A DNA stretch of 64,000 nucleotides from Hormiphora californensis (GCA_020137815.1 CM035357.1:1550001-1614000); one strand, 5' to 3'; positions 1-12,448 are shown, counted from the stretch's first letter. The notes: generated by a model from the letters alone, not told the origin. A program made the numbers and translations.

Positions 1-19
1 TGAATTTAACAGTAAACTC

Positions 20-1495
20 GTGGCTAAATGTTTCCTAAACTTGTCAAATGAGCAGTCTGAAGTGGAAACTGAAGAAGATTGGATAGACGAACTCTTTTTA
101 CATTGTGATGATTCATTGAAAGGACTCTCAACTGGGGTGAAAAGAGTATCAAGATGGGCGAACGAGAATGAGTTTGATATGGATGATATTGATGTCGTTA
201 CACTAAGAGGAACACTCCAATCCATTGCTACATATCCCTTTGATGATTATCGTGACCACTTCTCAATACTGATAACAACAAGAATTATTGCATTATGTAT
301 TCATAATGCGGTGTTTCCCTGCCTCAAATGGATTTAAAATTGATGAATAAGCTTCAAAACTGGATTTCCTGATGAATTTTGTGCTCAAAGAGCATTTTTT
401 GGCTGATGCGATGTTGGTTACTAAGGTAACTAGGTTAGTTGCTATGGTAACCAAAGCAGTTGCTATGGTAACCGAAGCAGATCCTATGGTAACCATTAAC
501 CAAGACAGTTGTTATGGCAACCAAGGCAGTTGCTTAGGAGACCCCAGTTGGCTATCAAGTGCTTCAAATTTAACCGCATCTCAACTCGAGTCACTAGTGT
601 GACAGTAGTTTCATGCTTGAATACGTTCTACAACTTCATGACATGGCTGTAGGGCGCCCAAAGTGATTTCAGGTGATAGTGGGAAGTGCTATCAGCGAGT
701 AATTGCGCGCCACAAAGTGTGTTAATCATTTCCTTTGTTGAATCAACAAAGCGTGAGATGAAAGTTTTATGAAGGAGCAGACTTGTTGTTAGGCGTTGTC
801 CGTGACGGACGGACGGACATTTAGTTAACCCCCACGATCTGCTGATTTCTAAACCCTGAATGATCTTTTTAGCACGTGCGTGCTAAAAACATCATCCGGG
901 TGAATGCCCTTCGGGCATTCACCCGGGCAGGGAAAAAATAAGGAGCACTATTTTTATGGAGGATCAAAATCTCGAGGAACAAGGTCACAAACGACAAGAT
1001 CGCCATGTCGGGTTTTACACACAAAAAAATGGAAAAATTCTCTTAGATGGAGGTGAGAAGGATGAGTGGGATATTATTACAACATGCCAAATTGCCGGAT
1101 ATCGGTGTCTGGTAGCTGCCGAAGCAGCAGGCTGTGACGAGAATGGAGAGTTGGTGGAGGTAAAAGCACATCGCGTTATTAGCAGACTGGAGCAAAGACA
1201 CAGTTTTAGGAAAGGAAAGCTATTAAAGACCTACATTCTCTGCTATTTGGTCGGGGTTGAGCACATTTTGATTGGATTCCTTAACACAAAAGGGGACGTT
1301 GTGGAACGAAAAAGATACACGCTCCCTGAAATTGAAAATGAATGTATGAAATACTGGAACCGGGATTATCACATGGATTTCCTTGGCCAGGTCCTGGGCT
1401 GGGCACTACCTCAAGTATCGGAGGGTAAAGTTTACCAAATGGCGTACTATGGTGGAAACCAGATATCATTTAAAGAAGTAGACAATGCCAAATAA
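20..1495 (+). pseudogene. DXO/Rai1-family copy 1, interrupted by a 657-bp transposon (278-934), catalytic motifs altered; 5' end may lie upstream of the window
   Basis: ORF 20..337 has DVVTLRGTLQSIA (motif I Arg). ORF 956..1495 has ELVEVK, KLLKTYILCYLVG and IGF. Removing 278-934 restores LIT-KIRSTIFMED, collinear with paralog LVKISNTIVMDE. Motif II reads GFYTQ and motif III reads EAA. Confidence 0.8.
278..934 (-). mobile_element. Non-autonomous Helentron/HINE (DINE-1-like) element inserted in DXO copy 1
   Basis: Subterminal IR TTTCCCTGCC (314-323) / GGCAGGGAAA (926-935); terminal hairpins at 290-309 and 896-926; (GACG)n tract near 804-818; internal tandem repeat 415-540; no TSD. A related copy lies at 19303-19667. 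Confidence 0.7.
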
Positions 1496-1692
1496 CACTT
1501 GGTTTTGGATATAAAATTTTTACATGTTTTTCTTAGCCGATTTTTGTAATGCAAATTTACGTTTTTTTTATAAGTGTTTTAACTAGTTTTATAATTTAAA
1601 CTTTGTTTTGTGAATTTAAATCACCTATTGGTAGCCCAAACGCAAACGTATACCCTCACCATCTTTCTTACGCCAGATATTGTCACCTGATT

Positions 1693-3035
1693 ATGAAGAC
1701 GTCCTTTAAGGTTCCACGAAACCACAGCTCTGCTTCCAAACCTGTCAAATTCAACAGTATCGAACTCGGTCGGTTCTCCCTCACGCCTACACGCGAGTAT
1801 TGCCCTGATGTTTCTGTTCCGAAGATAAAAAAGGTGGTCAAACTTCCTGCGGATCTAAACGAGGGATACAAAGAATATGAGGACAAACTGTTAGGTGGAG
1901 TTGACTGCATTTTCGAGTGGATTAGCAGGAATAAATTTGACACGGAATCCGTCGATTTGATCACATTCAGGGGTATCCTGAAGAAGATTGCAACAAGTGC
2001 TTATGATCACTACAGGAGTCACTTTTGTTTCCGGCTGGTTAAAATCTCCAACACCATCGTAATGGATGAAATAGAGACCGATCAAAAACGGGAAAGAGAG
2101 GCGAACATGAATTCCATTCAGCTGCGTAATGTATACCACGGAAGAAGACTTGAAGAAGTCACTATGGATGTGGGGGTGAATGAGACAGATATTGTGACGA
2201 CTTGTAAAGTAGCGGGGTATCGGTGTGTTGTCGCTGCCGAGGTTGATGGATGTAACGATGAGGGAGAGTTGGTGGAGGTAAAAGCTAACTTTGTGATAGA
2301 ACACCCGAAACAGATGAACACCTTTCGGAATGGTAAACTATTCAACACCTTAATGCAGTGCTATCTAGGTTGGTATCCAGAACGTCCTTATTGGCTTTCG
2401 TGATAAGGGCGGTATCTTGAGAAGCCTACAGAACTATACACTTCCTCAAATTGAAGAAGAGTGTAGGCAATATTGGGACAAGGATTTCTACATGTCTTTT
2501 CTAAATTCAGTCCTCTCCTGGGCTCTTCCACAAATTGCAGAAGGAAAGGTTTATCATTTGGAGTATCTGGGTGGCGATGAAATAACACTGATAGAAGTTC
2601 CAGACCCAAATCATATCCCACAGTACTTCAAAGATCATGCAAAGCAGTATTCACCTGGCAGTGGCGCTCCTGGTCCAGATATTGGAAGTTCAGAAATTGG
2701 GCAGAACATCAAATACACAGTGGCACTCTACCAATGATCATGATGCGAACGCGAAAGGAGCTAAAGGGGAGCAGTTCCATGCTAGAAGGGAGGGTCAAGA
2801 GAACAATCAACGAACATCCTCTTATGAAATGGGTCGTGAACGAAGGGCACAGGGTTGGGGAAACTCTCGGGGAAACTATCGAGGACAAAGCACTTTTCGA
2901 GGTAGAACTGAATCTGGTAGGGGACAGCTAAATGATACTCAGGACAGGGGATCTTCAAGAAGGCATCGATCGCGATCGGGGGAATGGGTTCCAGAAAGCC
3001 GGGCTGACCGTGACTCTGACTGGCGCAGAAGGTGA
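1693..3035 (+). CDS. DXO/Rai1-family nuclease copy 2 (type A, RG-rich tail); two apparent +1 frameshifts (about 2368 and 2695)
   Basis: Motifs DLITFRGILKKI, GRRLE, AAEVDG, ELVEVK, KLFNTLMQCYL(VG) and GFRD match the DXO/Dom3Z active-site motifs. Versus paralogs there is an extra G at ctaGgtt and an extra A at gaAattg. Confidence 0.8.
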
Positions 3036-3295
3036 ACAATTTCTTCAGGCGAAGAATCATGCGTTTTCTTGTGCTGTTGCACCTCCAAAAATAATAGTAT
3101 GAACAATACAAGCGTTTTCTTGCAATTCATGATATAATGTGTCTAATTTTTATTGTGAAAATTGGAAGCACACAATTGGTGTTGATACGTTGACATTTCA
3201 TTGACCGATCTATTTATATCCTATAGTGAAAGTTTCGTTTTTTGTTTCCCTTTTCTTCTAACTTATCAGCAAATTCTCCCTATTCTTCAAGGTGA

Positions 3296-4597
3296 ATGTC
3301 AGATTATTCTACGTTTTATATAGATCGTGGCAGCAGGGACCCGTACCAACATGTTTCTCTCACCGCCGAGCGTGTCGGACATTTCGCTGTTACTCCAGAT
3401 TTAAAGTATTCTGACAAGGTGGTGTACAGTAAATTGCGAGAAAATATCCGACTCCCTGTTGACCTCAATGCAAACTTTGAAGAAAATCGTGAGAAGTTGA
3501 AGAAATATGCCCTAGATTGCCCAGATATGATCCAGAATATAATGAAATGGGTATGCCGAAATGGTTTTGATACAGGAGAAATCGATTTGGTAACGAATAG
3601 AGGACGGCTACGGCGGTTAGGTGAATATCCCTTCAATACTCGGAATAAAAATCGGCTACGGGAGCATTTCTGTTTTCGGCTTACAAAAGTTGCTAACTTC
3701 ATATCCATGGACGAGGTTGAAACTGAATTCAGGCTGAACAAAATTAAAAATGAGTCAGACTATACCAAACAGTTCATGTGTACTGGTCTTGAACTTGAGA
3801 ACGTTCTTCTGGAGGAAGGCAGTGAAAACAAGGTCCATATACTGACATTGACAACGATTGGACGTATTCGCTGTCTGGTTGCTGCTGAGGTCGATGGATG
3901 TGATGGAAATGGGGAGTTGGTTGAAATAAAGTCCAATCTACTTTTACCTGATGATGACTACCAGAAGTGGAAGTTTTATAATTTCAAGCTTTTTGCAGCG
4001 TATTTTCAGTGCTACCTAGTTGGTATTCAACATCTTCTGGTGGGGTTTCAAAGCTATGACAATTTTTTAGAAGATTTGAAGCGGTATACTCTACCTCAGA
4101 TTGAAGAAGAGTGTAAAGCTTATTGGAACAAGGATTTCTACATGTCATTTCTAAATTCAGTCCTCTCCTGGGCTCTTCCACAAATTGAAGATGGAAAGGT
4201 GTATCATTTGGAGTATCTGGGTGGCAATGAAATAACACTGATAGAAGTTCCAGACCCAGATCACATCCCACAGTACTTCAAAGATCATGCGGAGCAGTAT
4301 TCATTTGGCAGTAGTGTCTTTGTCCCCGATATTGAAATCTCCGAATTAGGCAGAACATCAAATACACCATGGACGTCAAGAAGATATCACGATGCAAAGG
4401 GAGCTGAGGGGGAGAATTGTCGTGGAAGAAATAACAGGAATCGTGGACGTGGACGTGGACGTGGACGTGGACGTGGAGGTAATTCAAATTACAGGGGCCG
4501 TGGAAATTCCAGTGGCAATAACCGTGGAAACTCCAGTGGCAACAACCGGGGAAACTCCAGTGGCAACAACCGGGGAAATTCCAGTGGTCGCAACTAG
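3296..4597 (+). CDS. DXO/Rai1-family nuclease copy 3 (type B) with (RG)n and GNSSGNNR tail
   Basis: 433-aa intronless ORF with NRGRL, GLELE, AAEVDG, ELVEIK, KLF..YFQCYLVG. Its stop TAG aligns with CAG in copy 4. Confidence 0.88.
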   Translation: MSDYSTFYIDRGSRDPYQHVSLTAERVGHFAVTPDLKYSDKVVYSKLRENIRLPVDLNANFEENREKLKKYALDCPDMIQNIMKWVCRNGFDTGEIDLVTNRGRLRRLGEYPFNTRNKNRLREHFCFRLTKVANFISMDEVETEFRLNKIKNESDYTKQFMCTGLELENVLLEEGSENKVHILTLTTIGRIRCLVAAEVDGCDGNGELVEIKSNLLLPDDDYQKWKFYNFKLFAAYFQCYLVGIQHLLVGFQSYDNFLEDLKRYTLPQIEEECKAYWNKDFYMSFLNSVLSWALPQIEDGKVYHLEYLGGNEITLIEVPDPDHIPQYFKDHAEQYSFGSSVFVPDIEISELGRTSNTPWTSRRYHDAKGAEGENCRGRNNRNRGRGRGRGRGRGGNSNYRGRGNSSGNNRGNSSGNNRGNSSGNNRGNSSGRN

Positions 4598-4865
4598 AAA
4601 AGCTTCAGTGGTAATTGACCGTGGGAACTATCAAAGACACAATTCATACCAGGAGCAAGGTAGAGCAGACAGTGGTGAAGGACGAAATGAATATATGGAA
4701 TGGAAGGCCAGCAACTTTTTGTGAAATCGATGAGAAAATCAGTTTTGCTGTCCTGACATCAATGACTATTAACCAACATTTGCCTGTCGAGTGTTGCTAT
4801 TTTAAAGTGAGAGTGGACCGACACCGAATTTGACAAGGTTGTTGTAGGTAGTAGAGATTATTTCT

Positions 4866-5111
4866 CTGAGCATTTTGCTTTTTCCCGCTTAAAATTGACC
4901 CCTCCATCACTGAGATACTTTTGTTATGTTGGGAGCATGACGTCACGCATCTACCTCTGTATTCTCTCTGTAGGCAGTACATCGAACATGCCCGGGCGTG
5001 CACACATACAGAATACAAGAGATAGATGTGTGACGTCATGCTCCCAACATAACAAAAGTATCTCAGTGATGGAGGGGTCAATTTTAAGCGGGAAATAAGC
5101 AAAATGCTCAG
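4866..5111. mobile_element. MITE with ~100-bp TIRs, present only in the left arm of the foldback element
   Basis: CTGAGCATTTTGC...GCAAAATGCTCAG; absent from the mirror position near 9580. Confidence 0.85.
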
Positions 5112-5359
5112 TAGTCAGGACCACTATTGGTGCGCGGTCGTGCCCACGGAAGGAGTGCTTGGATCATCTTGAAACCGGTTTTAAGTTCACTAATGCATGC
5201 CCAAAAGTGTCTGTAGCCATTTGGGTGATGTTCTGACAATCCAATCACGAGTTATGACCGAAAAACAGTCAAAAAAGACGTTTTAAAGTGACAAAAAGGA
5301 GGATCTGAAGGGCTGGGGCTTTGAAACTTCTTGTGTGGACAGAGAATCGTCCAAATTTG

Positions 5360-5449
5360 TTGGTGATGACATCCCCTATTTGTTGGTGATGACATCCCCT
5401 ATTATGTTTGCTTCGCGCGGCCCTAGTGGAGGGGTGACCGCGTCACCAA
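5360..5449 (+). mobile_element. Micro-transposon (TTGGTGA..TCACCAA, 9-bp TSD CCAAATTTG); mirror copy at 9225-9314
   Basis: Direct repeats at 5351-5359 and 5450-5458; relatives at 12555 and 55654. Confidence 0.8.
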
Positions 5450-5454
5450 CCAAA

Positions 5455-5753
5455 TTTGCAGTGTCAACTTTCAGATACTTTCTATCTTTTGTAGTTATCT
5501 AATTAGAGTCGTTTAAACATGTGAGAAGTTGCTAAAGGGCGCTATAATACTGCTTGTGAAGTGATCACTTGACGAGATTTGCCCAATTAGAGAGCGGATT
5601 AAAGCATACAAGCGGTGAGAGCAAGCAATATGAGACGGAAGCAGTACCTAATCACCCTGTTTTGTAGGGTCATATAGGTTGTCTCACATGTTTAAACGAC
5701 TCTAATTAGATAACTACAAAAGATCGAAACTATCTGAAAGTTGACACTGCAAA
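5455..5753. mobile_element. Nested MITE with ~70-bp TIRs; mirror copy at about 8921-9219
   Basis: TTTGCAGTGTCAACTTTCAGATA...TATCTGAAAGTTGACACTGCAAA. Confidence 0.75.
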
Positions 5754-8700
5754 ATGGGGGGGGGGGGCGGCTGAAGTTTTTGAAGTTTTTGAAGTCAACT
5801 TCAAAAACTTCAAAGAGAAACTTAGGGTGGAAAACTTTAAAAACTTCAAAAACTCATATCTCATAAACCGTTGGAGATAGGCCCTATGTTGCTTCATAAC
5901 TCTTATATAAACTCGAGGCCGCTGATGATTTTGGTGTCCATATTTTTTTCACTACTCCATTAATAAAAAATTTGCATTTTGTGAAACTGGCAAAAAGGGT
6001 GTGGCCCCAAAAAAATTTTTGAAAATTTACTTCATAATTTTTAAATACTTTCTTAGCATTTTCTAGGCAACTTTTTGAGTTATAGAATGAAAATGGTATC
6101 TGTTTTTACAAAAAATTTAAATTTTTTAAACCAAATTTTGCCATGGATTTCATGGCTAGGAATCATTGTAAATATCCTAATTTGTGGTAGAAAAAGGGCA
6201 GACAAGGACGGATTAAGTTGCCACAATATGTATTAAGCATGAAATTAACCTAAACAAGTGGAATAATAGTCACTGATCACTGCGCTGGCAAGCGCAAAGG
6301 TGGCCCCATCCCATCCCCCAAAAACTTTTCCCGAAAAAGTGGGCCCGCTTGCCAACAGCGTAGATATAACAATTTTGAAGTTTTAGCTCATTTTGGCACT
6401 TTTCGACCCCTCCTAACTCCGGAACCAGATGAGCTAGGAGGCTGAAATTTGGTACTTAGAAGCTTCCCATAGACCTCTACTGATGGTAAAAATTTGAAGT
6501 AGCTAGCTCACTCCGGTCGCAAGTTATGACACCACCCCCAAAACAGAAAATTCAGTGTGGCGATAGGTATATATATATATATATAGATATAGACGCTTCA
6601 CTGTGTAACACTTGCAGCCCGAACCATAATAGCTAGAGACTTTAATCAAGTTTTATTCGTTAGCAAATCGTTCGGGGCATGTATTAGTTAAGGTTTCAAG
6701 TGAAAATGTCCACTATGACGGGCGTAATGACGTCACAAAGTGACGTCATTGAAAAATATCAGACCATATATTTTCAAACGCCTCTAGCACCCTCAAGAAG
6801 TATTCTGATTCCTGATTTGACGAAAAATCGTAGGTGGCAAATTGTCTGAACTTTCAGATACTATATCGTAAATTTTTCTAACTTGTCATTTTCAGACCTT
6901 AAAACGCGTCGGAACTCAAAAATTTGATGTTAAAATCCACATAAAAATTCACATTTAGTGCAATAACTTCAGTTCTTGACTACCATGCCCTTTAAAACTT
7001 TCCACACTTTTAGTGCTTCATAGGCCTAATAGTCTGTAATAATTTTCGACGTCATTTGTGACGTCATTTGTGACGTCACGACGTCAAAACGACGTCTAAT
7101 TTTGAAAATTTCGTCAAATCAGTTTCCTTCAACCCAGGATATATTTGAATTACATTTGAACACATTAGTTGACAATTTGCTTAGTTGTTTGAGGTCATAA
7201 ATGACCTCAAACGACCAAAAAAGAGTTCAAATTTAGAGCAAAAACTAATTGAAATTAGTTCGCCAGAAAGGTGGCCCATTTTGAACTTACTCCTTCATTT
7301 CCGTCACCTTTGAGTTGAGGCTTCATGGACAGGTATCCGTAAACTTTTCCGCCTTCAACTCAAAGGTGACGGAAATGAAGGAGTAAGTTCAAAATGGGCC
7401 ACCTTTCTGGCGAACTAATTTCAATTAGTTTTTGCTCTAAATTTGAACTCTTTTTTGGTCGTTTGAGGTCATTTATGACCTCAAACAACTAAGCAAATTG
7501 TCAACTAATGTGTTCAAATGTAATTCAAATATATCCTGGGTTGAAGGAAACTGATTTGACGAAATTTTCAAAATTAGACGTCGTTTTGACGTCGTGACGT
7601 CACAAATGACGTCACAAATGACGTCGAAAATTATTACAGACTATTAGGCCTATGAAGCACTAAAAGTGTGGAAAGTTTTAAAGGGCATGGTAGTCAAGAA
7701 CTGAAGTTATTGCACTAAATGTGAATTTTTATGTGGATTTTAACATCAAATTTTTGAGTTCCGACGCGTTTTAAGGTCTGAAAATGACAAGTTAGAAAAA
7801 TTTACGATATAGTATCTGAAAGTTCAGACAATTTGCCACCTACGATTTTTCGTCAAATCAGGAATCAGAATACTTCTTGAGGGTGCTAGAGGCGTTTGAA
7901 AATATATGGTCTGATATTTTTCAATGACGTCACTTTGTGACGTCATTACGCCCGTCATAGTGGACATTTTCACTTGAAACCTTAACTAATACATGCCCCG
8001 AACGATTTGCTAACGAATAAAACTTGATTAAAGTCTCTAGCTATTATGGTTCGGGCTGCAAGTGTTACACAGTGAAGCGTCTATATCTATATATATATAT
8101 ATATACCTATCGCCACACTGAATTTTCTGTTTTGGGGGTGGTGTCATAACTTGCGACCGGAGTGAGCTAGCTACTTCAAATTTTTACCATCAGTAGAGGT
8201 CTATGGGAAGCTTCTAAGTACCAAATTTCAGCCTCCTAGCTCATCTGGTTCCGGAGTTAGGAGGGGTCGAAAAGTGCCAAAATGAGCTAAAACTTCAAAA
8301 TTGTTATATCTACGCTGTTGGCAAGCGGGCCCACTTTTTCGGGAAAAGTTTTTGGGGGATGGGATGGGGCCACCTTTGCGCTTGCCAGCGCAGTGATCAG
8401 TGACTATTATTCCACTTGTTTAGGTTAATTTCATGCTTAATACATATTGTGGCAACTTAATCCGTCCTTGTCTGCCCTTTTTCTACCACAAATTAGGATA
8501 TTTACAATGATTCCTAGCCATGAAATCCATGGCAAAATTTGGTTTAAAAAATTTAAATTTTTTGTAAAAACAGATACCATTTTCATTCTATAACTCAAAA
8601 AGTTGCCTAGAAAATGCTAAGAAAGTATTTAAAAATTATGAAGTAAATTTTCAAAAATTTTTTTGGGGCCACACCCTTTTTGCCAGTTTCACAAAATGCA

Positions 8701-9867
8701 AATTTTTTATTAATGGAGTAGTGAAAAAAATATGGACACCAAAATCATCAGCGGCCTCGAGTTTATATAAGAGTTATGAAGCAACATAGGGCCTATCTCC
8801 AACGGTTTATGAGATATGAGTTTTTGAAGTTTTTGAAGTTTTCCACCCTAAGTTTCTCTTTGAAGTTTTTGAAGTTGACTTCAAAAACTTCAAAAACTTC
8901 AGCCGCCCCCCCCCCCCCATTTTGCAGTGTCAACTTTCAGATAGTTTCGATCTTTTGTAGTTATCTAATTAGAGTCGTTTAAACATGTGAGACAACCTAT
9001 ATGACCCTACAAAACAGGGTGATTAGGTACTGCTTCCGTCTCATATTGCTTGCTCTCACCGCTTGTATGCTTTAATCCGCTCTCTAATTGGGCAAATCTC
9101 GTCAAGTGATCACTTCACAAGCAGTATTATAGCGCCCTTTAGCAACTTCTCACATGTTTAAACGACTCTAATTAGATAACTACAAAAGATAGAAAGTATC
9201 TGAAAGTTGACACTGCAAATTTGGTTGGTGACGCGGTCACCCCTCCACTAGGGCCGCGCGAAGCAAACATAATAGGGGATGTCATCACCAACAAATAGGG
9301 GATGTCATCACCAACAAATTTGGACGATTCTCTGTCCACACAAGAAGTTTCAAAGCCCCAGCCCTTCATATAAGGGCTGTGTTCAGATCCTCCTTTTTGT
9401 CACTTTAAAACGTCTTTTTTGACTGTTTTTCGGTCATAACTCGTGATTGGATTATCAGAACATCACCCAAATGGCTACAGACACTTTTGGGCATGCATTA
9501 GTGAACTTAAAACCGGTTTCAAGATGATCCAAGCACTCCTTCCGTGGGCACGACCGCGCACCAATAGTGGTCCTGACTACAGAGAAATAATCTCTACTAC
9601 CTACAACAACCTTGTAAAATTCTGTGTCGGTCCACTATCACTTAAATATTTTTAAATGCTGAGCTATTTTTATACTGCTATTTTCTGTTTATTTTACCGT
9701 TAAAGTCGGATTTTTTGAAGTTGTCATCCCCCCTTTTCGTGTGTGGAATGTTTTTTGCGTGTCACATCACATGTGGTGTGTGTGTCAAAATTGATAAATT
9801 TCACATGCACGGTCATTTTGGGGTGACAACTTCAAAAAGTTCGATTTTAGTAGTTACTGATAAACTA

Positions 9868-10010
9868 CAGTCAAACTTCGATTGGATCGAATCGTCGAAA
9901 GAAGGGTTATTTTAAATAATCAAGGTTTCTTTTTTAGAGCTGAATTATCATCTATCATTGAAATCTTAATTCGAGGAAAACTTTTCTGTCTGGTAATTCG
10001 AGTTTGACTG
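9868..10010. mobile_element. pogo/Tc1-like MITE (TA-CAGTCAAAC..GTTTGACTG-TA), co-duplicated at about 12697-12832 and 15260-15390
   Basis: Short TIRs with TA flanks inside the duplicated spacer. Confidence 0.65.
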
Positions 10011-10539
10011 TAGTCTGTATACGACAATGTATGATGTATGTATAGATAGGGAGATCAAAACATGACGTAAATTAATTAAGTTAAGTTTTTTTAGCCCTCA
10101 GGCCGATGTATTTTGAATGTATTGTATTGTATTGTGTATATTACGAGATAAAATCTAAGATAAGAAACCTTGATTGTTCAAGTGTAGTATTATTGTAAAT
10201 CATGCTGTTTTTTAATCATCTTTACTCTTTTTTATCTTGTTTTAACTATTATGAATTTGTAAATCTTTTTTTCTGAAATCTTAATGTTTGTTTAATTCTT
10301 CCGGACCTCCTGTCCCTACAATACGATCTGTGTGTTTGGTGGCCTGTTTACAGGTGCGAGCGGCCTAACCTCTACCCAAACCCCAACCCTAACCCTAACC
10401 CTACTTAAATAGCCTTGCCAAGTTAGACTGTTTTACAAATGTAAAGGGAGGGTTAGAACATAACAACTTTAGCCCTAACCCTAAAAAACCGTTTGTCAGC
10501 ACTCGCCAAACACCCAGATTTTAACGCTGGCCCTACAAT

Positions 10540-10790
10540 ACCAATTTACCCCAAAATCCAACTCTACCACTTCGCCACCCTATATCACTTTTCTCTTTTA
10601 GCTTAGTTATGATGTGAGATACATTAAGGAGCTGATGAGCAGAACACGCTCCTAAATTACAATGTGCTATGATGATCTCCATTTAGAGATTTAGGGGTTA
10701 TCTCTACCTCCAGGATGGGGTAACAATACCAAAAACAATATCCTAGTCTTCCTGGCTACGAAACCGTACAACTTCTCGTAAAATCGGTAC
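10540..10790 (+). pseudogene. Decayed duplicate of the Rab14 5' flank/5'UTR/first codons (also 13415-13655 and 17095-17335)
   Basis: CTGGCTACGAAACCGTACAACTTCTCGTAA vs Rab14 ATGGCTGCGAATCCGTACAACTACTCGTAT. The upstream CCCAAAATCC...TTTTAGCTT..TATGAT.TGAGATA is shared with 22213-22285. Confidence 0.75.
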
Positions 10791-10957
10791 TGTTATACAT
10801 AATGCAATTAATCTTGTTATTGTGAAAATTGGTAGCACACAATTGGTGTTGATACGTTGACATTTCATTGACCGATCTATTTATATCCTATAGTGAAAGT
10901 TTTTTGTTTCCCTTTTCTTCTAACTTATCAGCAAATTCTCCCTATTCTTCAAGGTGA

Positions 10958-12448
10958 ATGTCAGATTATTCTACGTTTTATATAGATCGTGGCAGCAGCG
11001 ACCCGTACCAACATGTTTCTCTCACCACCGAGCGTGTCGGAGATTTCGCTGTTACTCCAGATTTAAAGTATTCTGACAAGGTGGTGTACAGTAAATTGCG
11101 AGAAAATATCCGACTCCCTGTTGACCTCAATGCAAACTTTGAAGAAAATCGTGAGAAGTTGAATAAATATGCCCTAGATTGCCCAGATATGATCCAGAAT
11201 ATAATGAAATGGGTATGCCGAAAACCTTTTGATACTGGAGAAATCGATTTGGTAACGAATAGAGGACGGCTACGGCGGTTAGGTGAATATCCCTTCAATA
11301 CTCGGAATAAAAATCGGCTACGGGAGCATTTCTGTTTTCGGCTTACAAAAGTTGCTAACTTCATATCCATGGACGAGGTTGAAACTGAATTCAGGCTGAA
11401 CAAAATTAAAAATGAGTCTGACTATACCAAACAGTTCATGTGTACTGGTCTTGAACTTGAGAACGTTCTTCTGGAGGAAGGCAGTGAAAATAAGGTCCAT
11501 GTACTGACATTGACAACGATTGGACGTATTCGCTGTCTGGTTGCTGCTGAGGTCGATGGATGTGATGAAAATGGGGACTTGGTTGAAATAAAGTCCAATC
11601 TACTTTTACCTGATGATAACTACCAGAAGCAGAAATTTTATAATTTCAAGCTTTTTGCAGCGTATTTTCAGTGCTACCTAGTTGGTATTCAACATCTTCT
11701 GGTGGGGTTTCGTAGCTATGACAGTTTTTTAAAAGATGTGAAACGGTATACCCTGCCTCAGATTGAAGAAGAGTGTAGGCAATATTGGAACAAGGACTTC
11801 TACACCTCTTTTCTAAATGCAGTACTCTCCTGGGCTCTTCCTCAAATCGCAGATGGAAAGGTGTATCATTTGGAGTATCTGGGTGGCAATGAAATAACAC
11901 TGATAGAAGTTCCAGACCCAGATCACATCCCACAGTACTTCAAAGATCATGCGGAGCAGTATTCATTCGGCAGTAGTGTCTTTGTCCCCGATATTGAAAT
12001 CTCCGAGTTAGGCAGAACATCAAATACACCATGGAGGTCAAGAAGATATCACGATGCAAAGGGAGCTGAGGGGAAGAATTATCGTGGAAGAAATAACAGG
12101 AATCGTGGACGATGGGTGCAGTTTGGAGGTAATTTAAATTACAGGGGCCGGGGAAACGTCAGTGGCAACTATCCGGAAAATTCCAGTGGTAACTATCGGG
12201 GAAACTTCAGTGGTGACTATCGGGGAAATTCCAGTGGCAACTATCGGGGAAATTCCAGTGGCAACTATCGGGGAAATTCCAGTGGTTATAGTTACTATCG
12301 GGCAAATTCCAGTGGTGACTATCGGGGAAATTCCAGTAGTGACTGTCAGGCAAATTCCAGTGGTGACTATTGGGGAAACGTCAGTGGTTATAACCAGGAA
12401 AGCGTCAGTGGTGGAGGACGAAATGAATATGGAAGGGAAGGATGGTAA
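10958..12448 (+). CDS. DXO/Rai1-family nuclease copy 4 (type B) with YRGNSSG(N/D) repeat tail
   Basis: 496-aa intronless ORF, near-identical to copy 3; all catalytic motifs intact; about 10 copies of a 24-nt repeat at 12140-12390. Confidence 0.9.
   Translation: MSDYSTFYIDRGSSDPYQHVSLTTERVGDFAVTPDLKYSDKVVYSKLRENIRLPVDLNANFEENREKLNKYALDCPDMIQNIMKWVCRKPFDTGEIDLVTNRGRLRRLGEYPFNTRNKNRLREHFCFRLTKVANFISMDEVETEFRLNKIKNESDYTKQFMCTGLELENVLLEEGSENKVHVLTLTTIGRIRCLVAAEVDGCDENGDLVEIKSNLLLPDDNYQKQKFYNFKLFAAYFQCYLVGIQHLLVGFRSYDSFLKDVKRYTLPQIEEECRQYWNKDFYTSFLNAVLSWALPQIADGKVYHLEYLGGNEITLIEVPDPDHIPQYFKDHAEQYSFGSSVFVPDIEISELGRTSNTPWRSRRYHDAKGAEGKNYRGRNNRNRGRWVQFGGNLNYRGRGNVSGNYPENSSGNYRGNFSGDYRGNSSGNYRGNSSGNYRGNSSGYSYYRANSSGDYRGNSSSDCQANSSGDYWGNVSGYNQESVSGGGRNEYGREGW

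Larger units (their letters stand above)
4806..9642. mobile_element. 4.8-kb foldback (whole-element palindrome) DNA transposon with Kolobok-like TTAA/AG..CT ends
   Basis: 4806-7318 is the reverse complement of 7355-9642 around a ~35-bp spacer. Flanks are TTAA (4802-05) and TAAA (9643-46). The paralogous empty site GCTATTTTAATATTTT is at 12531. Confidence 0.85.

Noticed and set aside
278-934. Intron in DXO copy 1
   Set aside because: No GT-AG at the boundaries that restore the frame; it has transposon terminal structures and paralogs lack it.
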